Source: a virus
Lineage: Duplodnaviria > Heunggongvirae > Uroviricota > Caudoviricetes
Virus record (IMG/VR): IMGVR_UViG_3300037418_000950
DNA length: 60,814 nt
Reading direction: 5' to 3' (one strand)
Both the position numbers and the translations under genes were made by a program. Below the pieces are notes generated by a model that was not told the origin of the DNA, did no database searches, and saw only the letters and a list, made by a program, of their open reading frames with translations. Below are positions 14,239-23,203 of this stretch, in pieces; position 1 is the stretch's first letter; each line of letters begins with the position of its first letter.

Positions 14239-14563
14239 TCTTGGTTGTCTTCTTTTTCTTAGGTTTTGGGGAAGTTTTTTTTAGAGTCGTAGACACAGCC
14301 TTATCAACATCCACACCTTTCGCCGTGAGGTCGGTCGCAACGTCGTCGGCAACAAAGACTTCGGCGTTGTCTACCTTCTTCTTGGTATAGGTACGCTTAG
14401 GCTTGGCAACTTCGTTTTGATCGGACTTAACGGCTTCGGGTCCACTAGAGGGAGTCGCGTCGAACTTCGAAGTGTTGATCACTAGGGTTCCATATCCACC
14501 ATTTTCAGGTGGGGTTGCGGTATCTTGTTGGCCAGTCATCCAATGCCATAGTTTCTTTAACAT
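14225..14563 (-). CDS. Hypothetical Lys-rich protein
   Basis: 112-aa ORF with AAGGA SD. Confidence 0.7.
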   Translation of the reverse strand: MLKKLWHWMTGQQDTATPPENGGYGTLVINTSKFDATPSSGPEAVKSDQNEVAKPKRTYTKKKVDNAEVFVADDVATDLTAKGVDVDKAVSTTLKKTSPKPKKKKTTKIVKK

Positions 14564-14571
14564 GATTTTCC

Positions 14572-15666
14572 TTACTTCTTATTTGTGAGTGCGTTGGGAT
14601 CGGCAGTTGGCGTGACGCCAAGTTGTGCGAGGTCCAGAAGCGAACCACCAAAGATATAGGTGCCAGTGTGTGTCAGCTTTATCCATGGTAGCAGCCATAC
14701 ATGGCCGCCCGCTTTAGAAAGATACTGACAGAACATATAGTCTTCTGACAGATATCTCATGCTTGCCGATTTCTCCCTATTTAGAAGCTCGGCAAATTGA
14801 TCCTGAACAGCCTCGCCAGAGGCAGCCTTCAGCATCAATTCATGAAGTTCATCGAAAGTGTAACCACGGTCAATGACGCAATCGAAATAGGCCATGATCG
14901 GCCGTGATCCATCGAAGTGCTTGGTGCGGACGTGATCGGGACGATAGTGTTGGTTGGGGAATGTAGCGCGGAACTTTTCGAAGGCTTGGCGTTGGATCAT
15001 CATGAATCCTGTGCCGCCTTCCAAAATCTCCGATGGTTCGTTCAATTTAATGCCAGAGGCATTCTTAGGATTGAACACATAGTCACCGACGAAGCGTTCC
15101 AAAACATTGGCATCTTTTTCAGCAAACCCACGGTCAACGGCAACTTTGATTTTTTCCCAAGCAATGCACTTCTTTGGGTATGGGGCACAAATAACGTCCT
15201 TATCAGTTCCAGGGTCAGCTAGGGCAAGCATAAACAACACGTCCTTGGGGTCAAACCCAATGTCGGAGTCTATGAACAGCATGTGAGAGAAATACGGTCG
15301 ATTGTCAGGCTCGCCTTCAGGTGGCGGATGACCAATACGAGCCCGCATAAACTCGTCGCAACAATAGTTACGCCCTCTTTGGATCAACGATTCGTTGAAT
15401 AGATAATGGACTGTTAATTGTACCCCAATCTCTTTGCACATTTCGACAAGGTTCAACATGCATCGGGTATAGATGCCCGTACACATACCGCCATACATGG
15501 GGGTAGCGACAAACAGCGATTTGCCTTGTAGATTTTCGTAAGGGATTTTTGCGGATATGCCGACGCGATCTGCGAGAACGGGTATATCAATCTTCGGGGT
15601 GTCAGTTGACGGAAGCTTTACGTGACGTTTTTGAGCTTCTTCTTTTCTACGTTCTTTTCGATTCAT
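14572..15666 (-). CDS. Glycosyltransferase-A-like protein conserved in T4-like phages
   Basis: LFVATPMYGG, NESLIQRGRN, MLFIDSDIGF (DxD), YLSEDYMFC. Confidence 0.65.
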   Translation of the reverse strand: MNRKERRKEEAQKRHVKLPSTDTPKIDIPVLADRVGISAKIPYENLQGKSLFVATPMYGGMCTGIYTRCMLNLVEMCKEIGVQLTVHYLFNESLIQRGRNYCCDEFMRARIGHPPPEGEPDNRPYFSHMLFIDSDIGFDPKDVLFMLALADPGTDKDVICAPYPKKCIAWEKIKVAVDRGFAEKDANVLERFVGDYVFNPKNASGIKLNEPSEILEGGTGFMMIQRQAFEKFRATFPNQHYRPDHVRTKHFDGSRPIMAYFDCVIDRGYTFDELHELMLKAASGEAVQDQFAELLNREKSASMRYLSEDYMFCQYLSKAGGHVWLLPWIKLTHTGTYIFGGSLLDLAQLGVTPTADPNALTNKK

Positions 15667-16028
15667 TCAATCTCTTTTGCTCTTTGCTCATTCTGATCAT
15701 GAACATACAGAGCCAATAGTGAATAGTGGATCATCTTGAGAAGGTCTTTGCGATTGTAACCTTCCTTCTTGCCATAGCGTTTGGCATACTTGATTACATT
15801 ACCAAGCGTAAAACCGACGCCATGCCCAGCATCAATGATAATATCCGTCGCCTGATATGTGTCGCCAGCATAGTGTTGTTTATATGTGTCATCAATGTAT
15901 CGAGACAATTCGGATAGCAAGTTGGCTTCATTGAATTTGTAATCGATTGCATTTTCTTCGTCTTCATATTCTTTGTCAGGGTAGATATCCTCAGGAAACT
16001 TGGTTCGTTCCATCTTCACTTTGGTCAT
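15663..16028 (-). CDS. DUF3310 / T7 gp1.7-like (putative nucleotide kinase) protein
   Basis: QHY...GFTLGNVIKYAKRYGKKEG...DLLKMIHY. Confidence 0.7.
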   Translation of the reverse strand: MTKVKMERTKFPEDIYPDKEYEDEENAIDYKFNEANLLSELSRYIDDTYKQHYAGDTYQATDIIIDAGHGVGFTLGNVIKYAKRYGKKEGYNRKDLLKMIHYSLLALYVHDQNEQRAKEIE

Positions 16029-16305
16029 TGCTCACTTCATCGGTATTTATATCAGAAATTTCATTTTCAGAATTCGTTGTTGGAATATCTTGGGCTTTTA
16101 GGTCATATTTCTCAACTCCAACCACATGTTCCACTCCATTGAGTTTTCGGAATGTCACGTATTCGGACAACTTGAATTCCAACACGTTGTAATCACGACC
16201 ATGGTAGCGGTAATGTTTGCCAGTCTCAGGTTCGTAGATGACATACGTGGAAGTCAACTTTTCGAACGTGATACGGACAACATAGCCGCTACCGATCTTG
16301 AACAT
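15991..16305 (-). CDS. Hypothetical protein
   Basis: 104-aa ORF, TAATG coupling. Confidence 0.6.
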   Translation of the reverse strand: MFKIGSGYVVRITFEKLTSTYVIYEPETGKHYRYHGRDYNVLEFKLSEYVTFRKLNGVEHVVGVEKYDLKAQDIPTTNSENEISDINTDEVSNDQSEDGTNQVS

Positions 16306-16865
16306 TAGTCGCTGTCCTTAAGCTCCAGGGCTTCGACATACTTCGCCTGGACGTAACAGTCATCAAGCGTAACTTCAGCCGAGTTCGTGGTGTTGTAGAC
16401 CGACAAGGCATCGTTGATAGCCTTGGAATACTTCAACAGAACCTTGCCGTTATCGACGTTGGAATCGACCCAAACGGTCTTCTTCAAAACCTCGCGGTTG
16501 TCGGTCTTTGTCTTGCTGATATCGACGACCGTGATTTCCCAACGATATGTAAATTTCTTTTCTTTGGCGTTGCAGCCCATATTATCTCCTAATGTAATTG
16601 TGCCATTGCTGATTGGAATGGTGTTTCCAACCCAAATCGCGGCAGCGTTTATTCGTTTTTGATATTCATAGTATTTTGTATCAACCCATGAAGGTAAATG
16701 ATCACCTATGTAATAGGGTCCAGTGGGATCGTAAAAACTTAGAGGGTCACCACATATCGCTTGACCGCCCCATGTTGCTCCACCACCACCGCCTGATGCG
16801 CCTAATTTATCGTTTGCTATTTCGTTTCTCCTTTTTGAACCAGCGTTTCGTTTTTTCCTTTTCAT
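16305..16865 (-). CDS. Hypothetical protein
   Basis: 186-aa ORF in co-directional operon. Confidence 0.6.
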   Translation of the reverse strand: MKRKKRNAGSKRRNEIANDKLGASGGGGGATWGGQAICGDPLSFYDPTGPYYIGDHLPSWVDTKYYEYQKRINAAAIWVGNTIPISNGTITLGDNMGCNAKEKKFTYRWEITVVDISKTKTDNREVLKKTVWVDSNVDNGKVLLKYSKAINDALSVYNTTNSAEVTLDDCYVQAKYVEALELKDSD

Positions 16866-17331
16866 ACCAACTCACGCCGTCATAGAACTTACCGCCGTCT
16901 AAATGTTCAACTTCGTGTTGAATGATGCGGGCGGTCATGCCTGTGTATTTGTTGGTTTCGGTCATACCGTTGGGGTAAGTGAACCGCACGCGAATGGACT
17001 TGGGTCTGGTGACTTTGATAATGAGACCAGGATAAGAAAGACAGCCTTCCTCAAGCTCCACAGTTTCATCTGAGAAGTCCACGATGCGCGGATTGAACAT
17101 GACAAGTATGGGATTGGTAGCGATGGCGCAGACGCGATAGGCGTAACCCAATTGGTTGGCGGCAAGCCCAACGCCAGTCTCCTTCATCATCACTTGCGCC
17201 AAGTGATCGGCAAATTGCACGGGATTGAAGGGAGGGTGAAAGAAATCAAATTCTTCGGTTAGTTTGGTCAATACAGGATTAGAGTAATGAACTAAAGTCG
17301 CCGTTAACCCATCTTGTTCTAAAGTTTCCAC
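16807..17331 (-). CDS. def: Peptide deformylase
   Basis: GVGLAANQLG, EGCLS, QHEVEH (three PDF motifs). Confidence 0.93.
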   Translation of the reverse strand: METLEQDGLTATLVHYSNPVLTKLTEEFDFFHPPFNPVQFADHLAQVMMKETGVGLAANQLGYAYRVCAIATNPILVMFNPRIVDFSDETVELEEGCLSYPGLIIKVTRPKSIRVRFTYPNGMTETNKYTGMTARIIQHEVEHLDGGKFYDGVSWYEKEKTKRWFKKEKRNSKR

Positions 17332-17689
17332 TTTTCTCTACTATCACTAAGTAATATGGTTTGCGTAGTTTATTCATGTGATCCATCATGTTAAGAGACC
17401 CCGATGAATATCCATCCCAAATGATGATGCCAAAATCGCAGTATTCCGCCATCTGTTTATTGCGGATCGGCCCAGCACCCTTGCCGTATTTAGTCCAGTC
17501 GGCGGGAAAGTCTTTGACGGTGATGGCCTTGGTCTCGGCAAACAATTCGCCCGCGGTATCGATGCCTCTTGCTTTTCCCGAGACAACTTCCGTTATCAAA
17601 TCGGTATTGATTTGCGCCTTCTGACAAATCCTATCGATGGTCTTCGGTTTGGCGGCAATGCTACGGGAACCTGCGATGACAAGTTTCAC
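17279..17689 (-). CDS. SLOG-superfamily (YspA/DUF2493-like) protein
   Basis: VIAGSR, VVSGKARGID, FPADWTKYGKGAGPIRNKQM, WDGYSSGS. Confidence 0.8.
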   Translation of the reverse strand: MKLVIAGSRSIAAKPKTIDRICQKAQINTDLITEVVSGKARGIDTAGELFAETKAITVKDFPADWTKYGKGAGPIRNKQMAEYCDFGIIIWDGYSSGSLNMMDHMNKLRKPYYLVIVEKSGNFRTRWVNGDFSSLL

Positions 17690-18066
17690 GGCCTATTCCA
17701 TGTAATAGGGATAGTCACATCCCACTTCATTAAGTCATTAGGCATACCCCAATTGAGGCGAGTGTGTGAAGTGATTTTCTTGGTCGCATAACAAGAACCT
17801 TCCAAGACTTTGACAAGCGATCCTGCCTCATTGAATACTTCCAAGCTCAATGGAAGCTTATCTTGGTATTCTTTCCATTTAGCGATTTGGTTGAAGACAA
17901 AAAAATCTTCTCTTTCATATAGAGACAAAACAACCGAGGTGTCCTGTATCTCAATGGCATAAATGAGAAATGATAGGGCAGCGTCGCCGTCTACTATAAC
18001 TCGAAAGTTCGTGGTTCGAACGAATTCGGTCACTTGTTCTTTGAACTTATTCAAATCAAACGTCAT
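17686..18066 (-). CDS. Hypothetical protein
   Basis: 126-aa ORF, ATGA coupling on both sides. Confidence 0.65.
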   Translation of the reverse strand: MTFDLNKFKEQVTEFVRTTNFRVIVDGDAALSFLIYAIEIQDTSVVLSLYEREDFFVFNQIAKWKEYQDKLPLSLEVFNEAGSLVKVLEGSCYATKKITSHTRLNWGMPNDLMKWDVTIPITWNRP

Positions 18067-19772
18067 ACTAACTCCATTTGGCTAAACTGTTTCTTCTTCT
18101 CAAATTTGATTGTGGTATCGAAGCGGTCGGTGATCGTGTCAGTGTTGTGGCTGATGATGAAGATATTGGTGTCGGTCATCGAATTGATGATGTTCATGAA
18201 GTCATCGCGACCATCTTGATCGAGGGCACTATCCAGGATTTCATCGAAGATTAGAAGATTGGAATGGGCACTGTTGCGGATACGGGCGATGTTTCTCCAG
18301 GCAAACATGATGGCCAGATTGATACGCTTCTTCTCACCTTCCGAGTGGGCATAGTAGGAGTTCAGTTGGTTGTTGTTACCGCCAATGACTTCCTCAAAGT
18401 TTTCATCAAGATTGAAGTCCACAAACAGATTCATCTGACCAAGATATTGCTTGATGATCTTGTTCATGATCGGAATGTATTGTTTGATGATCAGCGACTT
18501 GATACCGCCATCCTTCAACAGGGTAGAGGCAATCGACAGGACTTCGCGTTCCTCAATGATATTCTTGCGGGTCTCGTTGGCCGTTGCCAACTGATTTTGG
18601 AACTCCTCACGGCGGCTGGTGTCAATCGAGCTATACTTTTCCTTCAAGCCTGCTAAGTCAGTTTCAAAGGCGACTTGCAGAGCCTTGGCGGCTGAGATAT
18701 CCAACCGCTTGTTGCTAATCTGACGATCAAGAGCAAATATCTTATCGGTCAGAAGGTCGATTTCCTTGAGCTTGGTATCAAGCTTTTCGCGCCGTTCTCG
18801 AATGGCATCCGTCTTCGCTTTTAGATCATCCCATTGGGCTTGACGGGTTGCGATTTCCTTGGCCTTGGTTTCCTCAGAAATGACCTGAGAACACGTCGGG
18901 CATTCACAAGAATTCTGATAGAAGGCTATCTGAGTTTGATATTTGGTCATGGCACGATTGGCCTTCTGGAGATAGTCAACGCATTTTTTGCGTTTCTCCT
19001 TGGTCTTGTCGTAACCCTTGATTTGGGCTTCGATGGCATCCTTGTCTGAATTCAGAACGGCGATATCTTTTTGAAGCGTGCTTATGGTTTCTTTCGCGTC
19101 AGCAATCTTGTCCGATAGGTCTTTGGCCCGATCCTTGATATCCGTCTTGATTTCCTTCAAGTGGGCTTCGTGAAGCTCCAGGTTAGAGGTAATCAACCGT
19201 ATCTCTTGTTCGATGGAGTTGTGCAGTTCCTTGTTGGATGCAACGCGATCTTTCAGGATAGTGTTCATCGCACTGAACACCTGGAGGTCCAGCAAGTCTT
19301 CAACCACATTACGCCGTTGCAAGGCAGGAAGCTCCATGAACGGCACATAGGTTGCCGTCCCCAGAATGATGATCTGACAGAAGCTTTTGTAATTGATCTT
19401 GAGGATGCTATTTTCGAGATATAGCTGATAGTCACGCGACAGGGAGTCTTGGCGGATCAGTTCGCCATCCTCAAAGATTTCGAAGATGTTCGGCTTGATC
19501 CCCCGTCGAATCAGGAAGTGGCGGGAAGCAATTGTAAACTCGATTTCGACCAATGTATTCTTGTCGAGCAATCGATTCGTCAGGGCAGGCTTGTTGATGT
19601 TGCGGTATGGCTTGCCGAATAGGGCAAACGTGATAGCATCAATCAAGACGCTTTTGCCACTTCCTGATTTTCCTACGATCAAAGTTTTATTGTATTGGTC
19701 AAGGGCAACTTCTGTCATGTAGTTGCCGTATGACATGAAGTTGCACCAGCGGATGGAATTAAATGTGATCAT
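18063..19772 (-). CDS. 46: Recombination endonuclease ATPase subunit gp46 (Rad50/SbcC-like)
   Basis: GKSGSGKS Walker A, coiled coil with CPTC hook, SEGEKKRI signature, LLIFDEILD. Confidence 0.95.
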   Translation of the reverse strand: MITFNSIRWCNFMSYGNYMTEVALDQYNKTLIVGKSGSGKSVLIDAITFALFGKPYRNINKPALTNRLLDKNTLVEIEFTIASRHFLIRRGIKPNIFEIFEDGELIRQDSLSRDYQLYLENSILKINYKSFCQIIILGTATYVPFMELPALQRRNVVEDLLDLQVFSAMNTILKDRVASNKELHNSIEQEIRLITSNLELHEAHLKEIKTDIKDRAKDLSDKIADAKETISTLQKDIAVLNSDKDAIEAQIKGYDKTKEKRKKCVDYLQKANRAMTKYQTQIAFYQNSCECPTCSQVISEETKAKEIATRQAQWDDLKAKTDAIRERREKLDTKLKEIDLLTDKIFALDRQISNKRLDISAAKALQVAFETDLAGLKEKYSSIDTSRREEFQNQLATANETRKNIIEEREVLSIASTLLKDGGIKSLIIKQYIPIMNKIIKQYLGQMNLFVDFNLDENFEEVIGGNNNQLNSYYAHSEGEKKRINLAIMFAWRNIARIRNSAHSNLLIFDEILDSALDQDGRDDFMNIINSMTDTNIFIISHNTDTITDRFDTTIKFEKKKQFSQMELV

Positions 19773-20626
19773 TTCGAATAAGCGATTTGGATGGCCTGAA
19801 CCATCTTTTGAATGTCGGCGTCGTAGAGACCAGAGCTATTGATATTGTTGTATTCAATCACGACAAAATCTGTATAGACAGGATTGAACGTGGCAGGATC
19901 AACCCAAATCATTTTAGGAGTAGTCAGACGGGCAATGTCCATACAGTAGGTTTTGGGGTTATAAGGAACAATTTGTGTGAACCCCGCGGCCTTGCGCGCA
20001 AAGGTAATCATTTCTTCGTCCACAAGCTGACGCGATTGGGTATATTGGTTCCCAACTTTATAGGTTGACCAAGTGACGACTTGATTCTTAACTACCCAAA
20101 ATCGTGCTTCCATGGCGATGGTGTCTTTGCAGGAAGCGATCATCAATTGATCGAGGGGTTTAACATCCATGCCACTGTCATCCCCTTCGCCACATATTTT
20201 CTCAGCCCATTCAATCAATTCCTTGCTGGTTAGGATTGAACCCTTGATAAATTTGGAATCGTCCCTCGGGCGCACAAAATATTCACCCGATTTTGGCCAG
20301 TAGTTTTGGGTGACTTCCTTGAAGCTTATGAACTCGGCATCATTGTTGAGCATCCATGGACCGATACTGTGGTTCCACATATAATGATCGAACATACCGA
20401 GCTTGATCACACCTGGAGTCCAACCGAGGCGTTCGGCCGTCTTGGCTAAGGACAGCGAACCATAGGCCCAGACGTTATGATAACCTTCCGATGCATCAGG
20501 AATCAATTCACCTGAAAACGGCACCAGCTTATGGACGCTATGATCGATATCCAGCCGTTTTAACTGATAAACCAATTCATCCCATTGGCGTTCGTTGGCA
20601 ACGTTCTCTTGAACTATCCAATGCAT
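19769..20626 (-). CDS. ATP-grasp domain protein (DUF4343/R2K-like)
   Basis: FVRP..DSKFIKG, EARFWVV, YCMDIA, VIEYNNINSSGLY. Confidence 0.7.
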   Translation of the reverse strand: MHWIVQENVANERQWDELVYQLKRLDIDHSVHKLVPFSGELIPDASEGYHNVWAYGSLSLAKTAERLGWTPGVIKLGMFDHYMWNHSIGPWMLNNDAEFISFKEVTQNYWPKSGEYFVRPRDDSKFIKGSILTSKELIEWAEKICGEGDDSGMDVKPLDQLMIASCKDTIAMEARFWVVKNQVVTWSTYKVGNQYTQSRQLVDEEMITFARKAAGFTQIVPYNPKTYCMDIARLTTPKMIWVDPATFNPVYTDFVVIEYNNINSSGLYDADIQKMVQAIQIAYSK

Positions 20627-20849
20627 TATATTTCAAATACTCCATCACTACTGCACCCCCATAATCTCTTTTTAGCATAATATAAGGGGAGACGTTATAA
20701 CCATATTTGTATTCGACTATATTATGAGGAAATTCTGGTATATTTCCATGATATAACCACTCCCACGGTTCATCCTTAATACCATACAAAGGAGCTTTTT
20801 CACAAATAAACTTCGCCACCTCCATTTGATATTCAGAGAAACATGGCAT
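20577..20849 (-). CDS. Hypothetical protein
   Basis: 90-aa ORF, TAATG coupling with gp47. Confidence 0.55.
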   Translation of the reverse strand: MPCFSEYQMEVAKFICEKAPLYGIKDEPWEWLYHGNIPEFPHNIVEYKYGYNVSPYIMLKRDYGGAVVMEYLKYNALDSSRERCQRTPMG

Positions 20850-21931
20850 TATGACAGTCTCGCGTTGTTGGCCTCATTGTATAAGGATTGCAGAAGCGTG
20901 TTGAGCTTCGGCTTCATTTCGTCGGCAACGCCAATCTGGTCGCAATACTTGGCCAGCAAGCCGATGGTGTCTTCGACATGAAGGAGTTCGGTTTCATCCC
21001 CGTCAAAGGCCAGATGCCCCATGTCCTCGATGACTTGCACCGAAAGAGGTTCGGCGGCATCGAGCTTGTCGCGGAAGGTTTCAAACCAGAAGGCGTTGTC
21101 TTTGTTCTTGACAACGATGCGCACAAAGGACTTGCGATACTTGCCATAGTCCACCGACAGAACGTCATCCATGGACTTATTCTTGTCGTCGTATTCAATC
21201 TTATAGAATAGACTATATGGATTGGAAATGAAAGTTAAATCATGGGTTTCTAGGTCAAAAATATGAAACCCCTTAGTGTCGCCGTAGTCACCCCAATCCA
21301 TCTGAAACGGGCAGCCCAAGTAATGGATGTTGTTATAGTCGGACTTGTGATGAAAATGCCCCGTCAAGACGGTTCGGAACTTGTCGAGCTTTTCAGGACG
21401 TAGGGCGTCTTCCTTGTTACAGAAGCTCCCCCGATGCATCTGGAACCCGTATAGCTCCAAGTGTCCCATAAGAATCGAAGCATCGGAGTGCGCCATAGCC
21501 GTCATGGTATGGCTTTCGTTCTCGCGGCATATCCAGGGCACCAGACACACAGGAACGCCGTGTATGTCTACGGTCGTGGCTTCGGTGTATATCTTGAAAT
21601 CAGGATACCGATCATAAAGGAGTTCCTGAAGCGAATTGAGTTTGTTAGTATCCTTGAAATACACATCATGGTTGCCAGCGATGATATACACATCCTGGAC
21701 TTGATCCTGAAGCGGTTCAAGGAAGTCTATTCTTAGACGATTGAGTGTGTTATAATTAACGAACTTCCTTCGATCTACAATGTCCCCCAGGTGGACAACC
21801 GTCTTGATCTTATTGCGTTCAAGGTAGGGGAAGAAGATTTCTGAGTAGAAGGATTTCTGGTGATCTAAGAGGTTTTGATTGTCATTGCGGACACCAGCAT
21901 GGGTGTCTGTGATTAAAGCGATACGAGTCAT
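20849..21931 (-). CDS. 47: Recombination endonuclease subunit gp47 (Mre11/SbcD-like)
   Basis: ITDTHAGVR, HLGDIVDRR, IAGNHD, MGHLEL, TGHFH. Confidence 0.95.
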   Translation of the reverse strand: MTRIALITDTHAGVRNDNQNLLDHQKSFYSEIFFPYLERNKIKTVVHLGDIVDRRKFVNYNTLNRLRIDFLEPLQDQVQDVYIIAGNHDVYFKDTNKLNSLQELLYDRYPDFKIYTEATTVDIHGVPVCLVPWICRENESHTMTAMAHSDASILMGHLELYGFQMHRGSFCNKEDALRPEKLDKFRTVLTGHFHHKSDYNNIHYLGCPFQMDWGDYGDTKGFHIFDLETHDLTFISNPYSLFYKIEYDDKNKSMDDVLSVDYGKYRKSFVRIVVKNKDNAFWFETFRDKLDAAEPLSVQVIEDMGHLAFDGDETELLHVEDTIGLLAKYCDQIGVADEMKPKLNTLLQSLYNEANNARLS

Positions 21932-21960
21932 TACATTCCTAAAATTAAAAGCCTATTATA

Positions 21961-22482
21961 TCAGTCTTCGATGAAAGCTTCAATACCTTTTTTGGTATTT
22001 CGTTTCTCTTTTTCTTCAACCAATTTACGTTCGAAGTCGGCAATGATCGTATCAGCTACTTCATTCTCGAAATTGGATTTATAGGTATTGGAATGGAGCT
22101 TATTAAGAAGGTCCATTTCCTGCCGCCCTTTGAGCCTTTTATATTGCTCCTTCTTTTCCGTCTTAATGCGACGGATAAAGGAGTTCTCAATAATCATCGT
22201 GAAATAGGCGTGTGGGTTTGTATACTTCTCAGGGTCAAATGACTTGATCCCATATTTGATGCAATTCTCCACACCATCCCAAACCATTTCCTCTTTCCAC
22301 AATGGTGAGTAGCGATTGTATTTGAAATATTTGGAATACTCGGTGGCGATCTTGATTATGGCCTCACCAATGAAATTCGATGCCTGAGGATCGGGTAATC
22401 CTTTCTCCTTAGCTTCCTTTAATTGTGAGTGATATATCAATAATTCCTGATGAAGCTTTTTATTGTCTAAATAATTTCCCAT
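21961..22482 (-). CDS. 55: Late transcription sigma factor gp55
   Basis: YLDNKKL...IGEAIIKIA...EEMVWDGVENCIKY...FDPEKYTNPHAYFTMII. Confidence 0.93.
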   Translation of the reverse strand: MGNYLDNKKLHQELLIYHSQLKEAKEKGLPDPQASNFIGEAIIKIATEYSKYFKYNRYSPLWKEEMVWDGVENCIKYGIKSFDPEKYTNPHAYFTMIIENSFIRRIKTEKKEQYKRLKGRQEMDLLNKLHSNTYKSNFENEVADTIIADFERKLVEEKEKRNTKKGIEAFIED

Positions 22483-22508
22483 TTAGTCCTAAAATGTCTG
22501 AATAACGC

Positions 22509-22537
22509 TTGACAAGGCGTTTTTTTAGTGGTAGGAT
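22509..22537 (+). promoter_or_regulatory. Plus-strand sigma70-type promoter facing into the non-coding element
   Basis: TTGACA-17 nt-TAGGAT. Confidence 0.55.
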
Positions 22538-22610
22538 TCTTAAAGTTTCCTTCCGTAGATTTATGCCAATCCTTTAGTGATTGGCGACTTAGAGACGATA
22601 GGTAATTACC

Positions 22611-22765
22611 CTTAAGTCTTCCTTACTGAATCCAGCCGAACGTAGTGAGGCTCAGGAAGCGTTAGCTTCCTGCCAAGGTTACTTAAGTAGTCCTTAAGTT
22701 GGACTTAAGTGAACTTAAGTTGTCCTTGGAACCGCTTCGCGGTTGTCGAAACGCTAACGCGTTTC
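22611..22765. repeat. Origin-like element: phased CTTAAGT repeats and three short hairpins
   Basis: CTTAAGT at 22611, 22682, 22693, 22704, 22714; hairpins 22653-22672, 22730-22744, 22748-22765. Confidence 0.65.
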
Positions 22766-22777
22766 TCCTGATTACTT

Positions 22778-23203
22778 TTAATTCACTGAGTTGGATGAAG
22801 GAGAATAAGGATATGACCCGACGTTTGAGGTCTTAAGTACAATAATCTCAGGTTGCTTATTGATTGACCCAAGCATAGACGAAACCTTGGCGATTTCGGT
22901 AAGCTTCGTCGGTTCAATGTAATTCTTAGAGTATTCCACCGAGTTCTTATAGTAATCCTCAATTTCGGGGGCAACATTGGTCATTGTAACGACATGATCA
23001 ACCCTTAGTTTTACTTTATCATCCCCCGTCAAGGTATATTTTGACAGAAAAATACTTGATCTTCCCGTCTCATTATCTTTAACTTCATCAACCACCAAGG
23101 CATCTTGGACCGTGATGAATGCCTTATCCTTACGGATGACCTGACAGAGTATTTCGTCTCCATTCAAAAGTCTTAAGTGAAAAACTGGTTTTGGTTTCTT
23201 CAT
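22778..23203 (-). CDS. Conserved T4-like hypothetical protein (Sm-like pattern) downstream of uvsW
   Basis: LRLLNGDEILCQV N-terminal motif; ATGA coupling with uvsW. Confidence 0.7.
   Translation of the reverse strand: MKKPKPVFHLRLLNGDEILCQVIRKDKAFITVQDALVVDEVKDNETGRSSIFLSKYTLTGDDKVKLRVDHVVTMTNVAPEIEDYYKNSVEYSKNYIEPTKLTEIAKVSSMLGSINKQPEIIVLKTSNVGSYPYSPSSNSVN

Noticed and set aside
22540-22777. CRISPR mini-array
   Set aside because: Repeats are 7-bp palindromes with 3-4-nt spacers, not 25-40-bp repeats with unique spacers; no cas genes in the window
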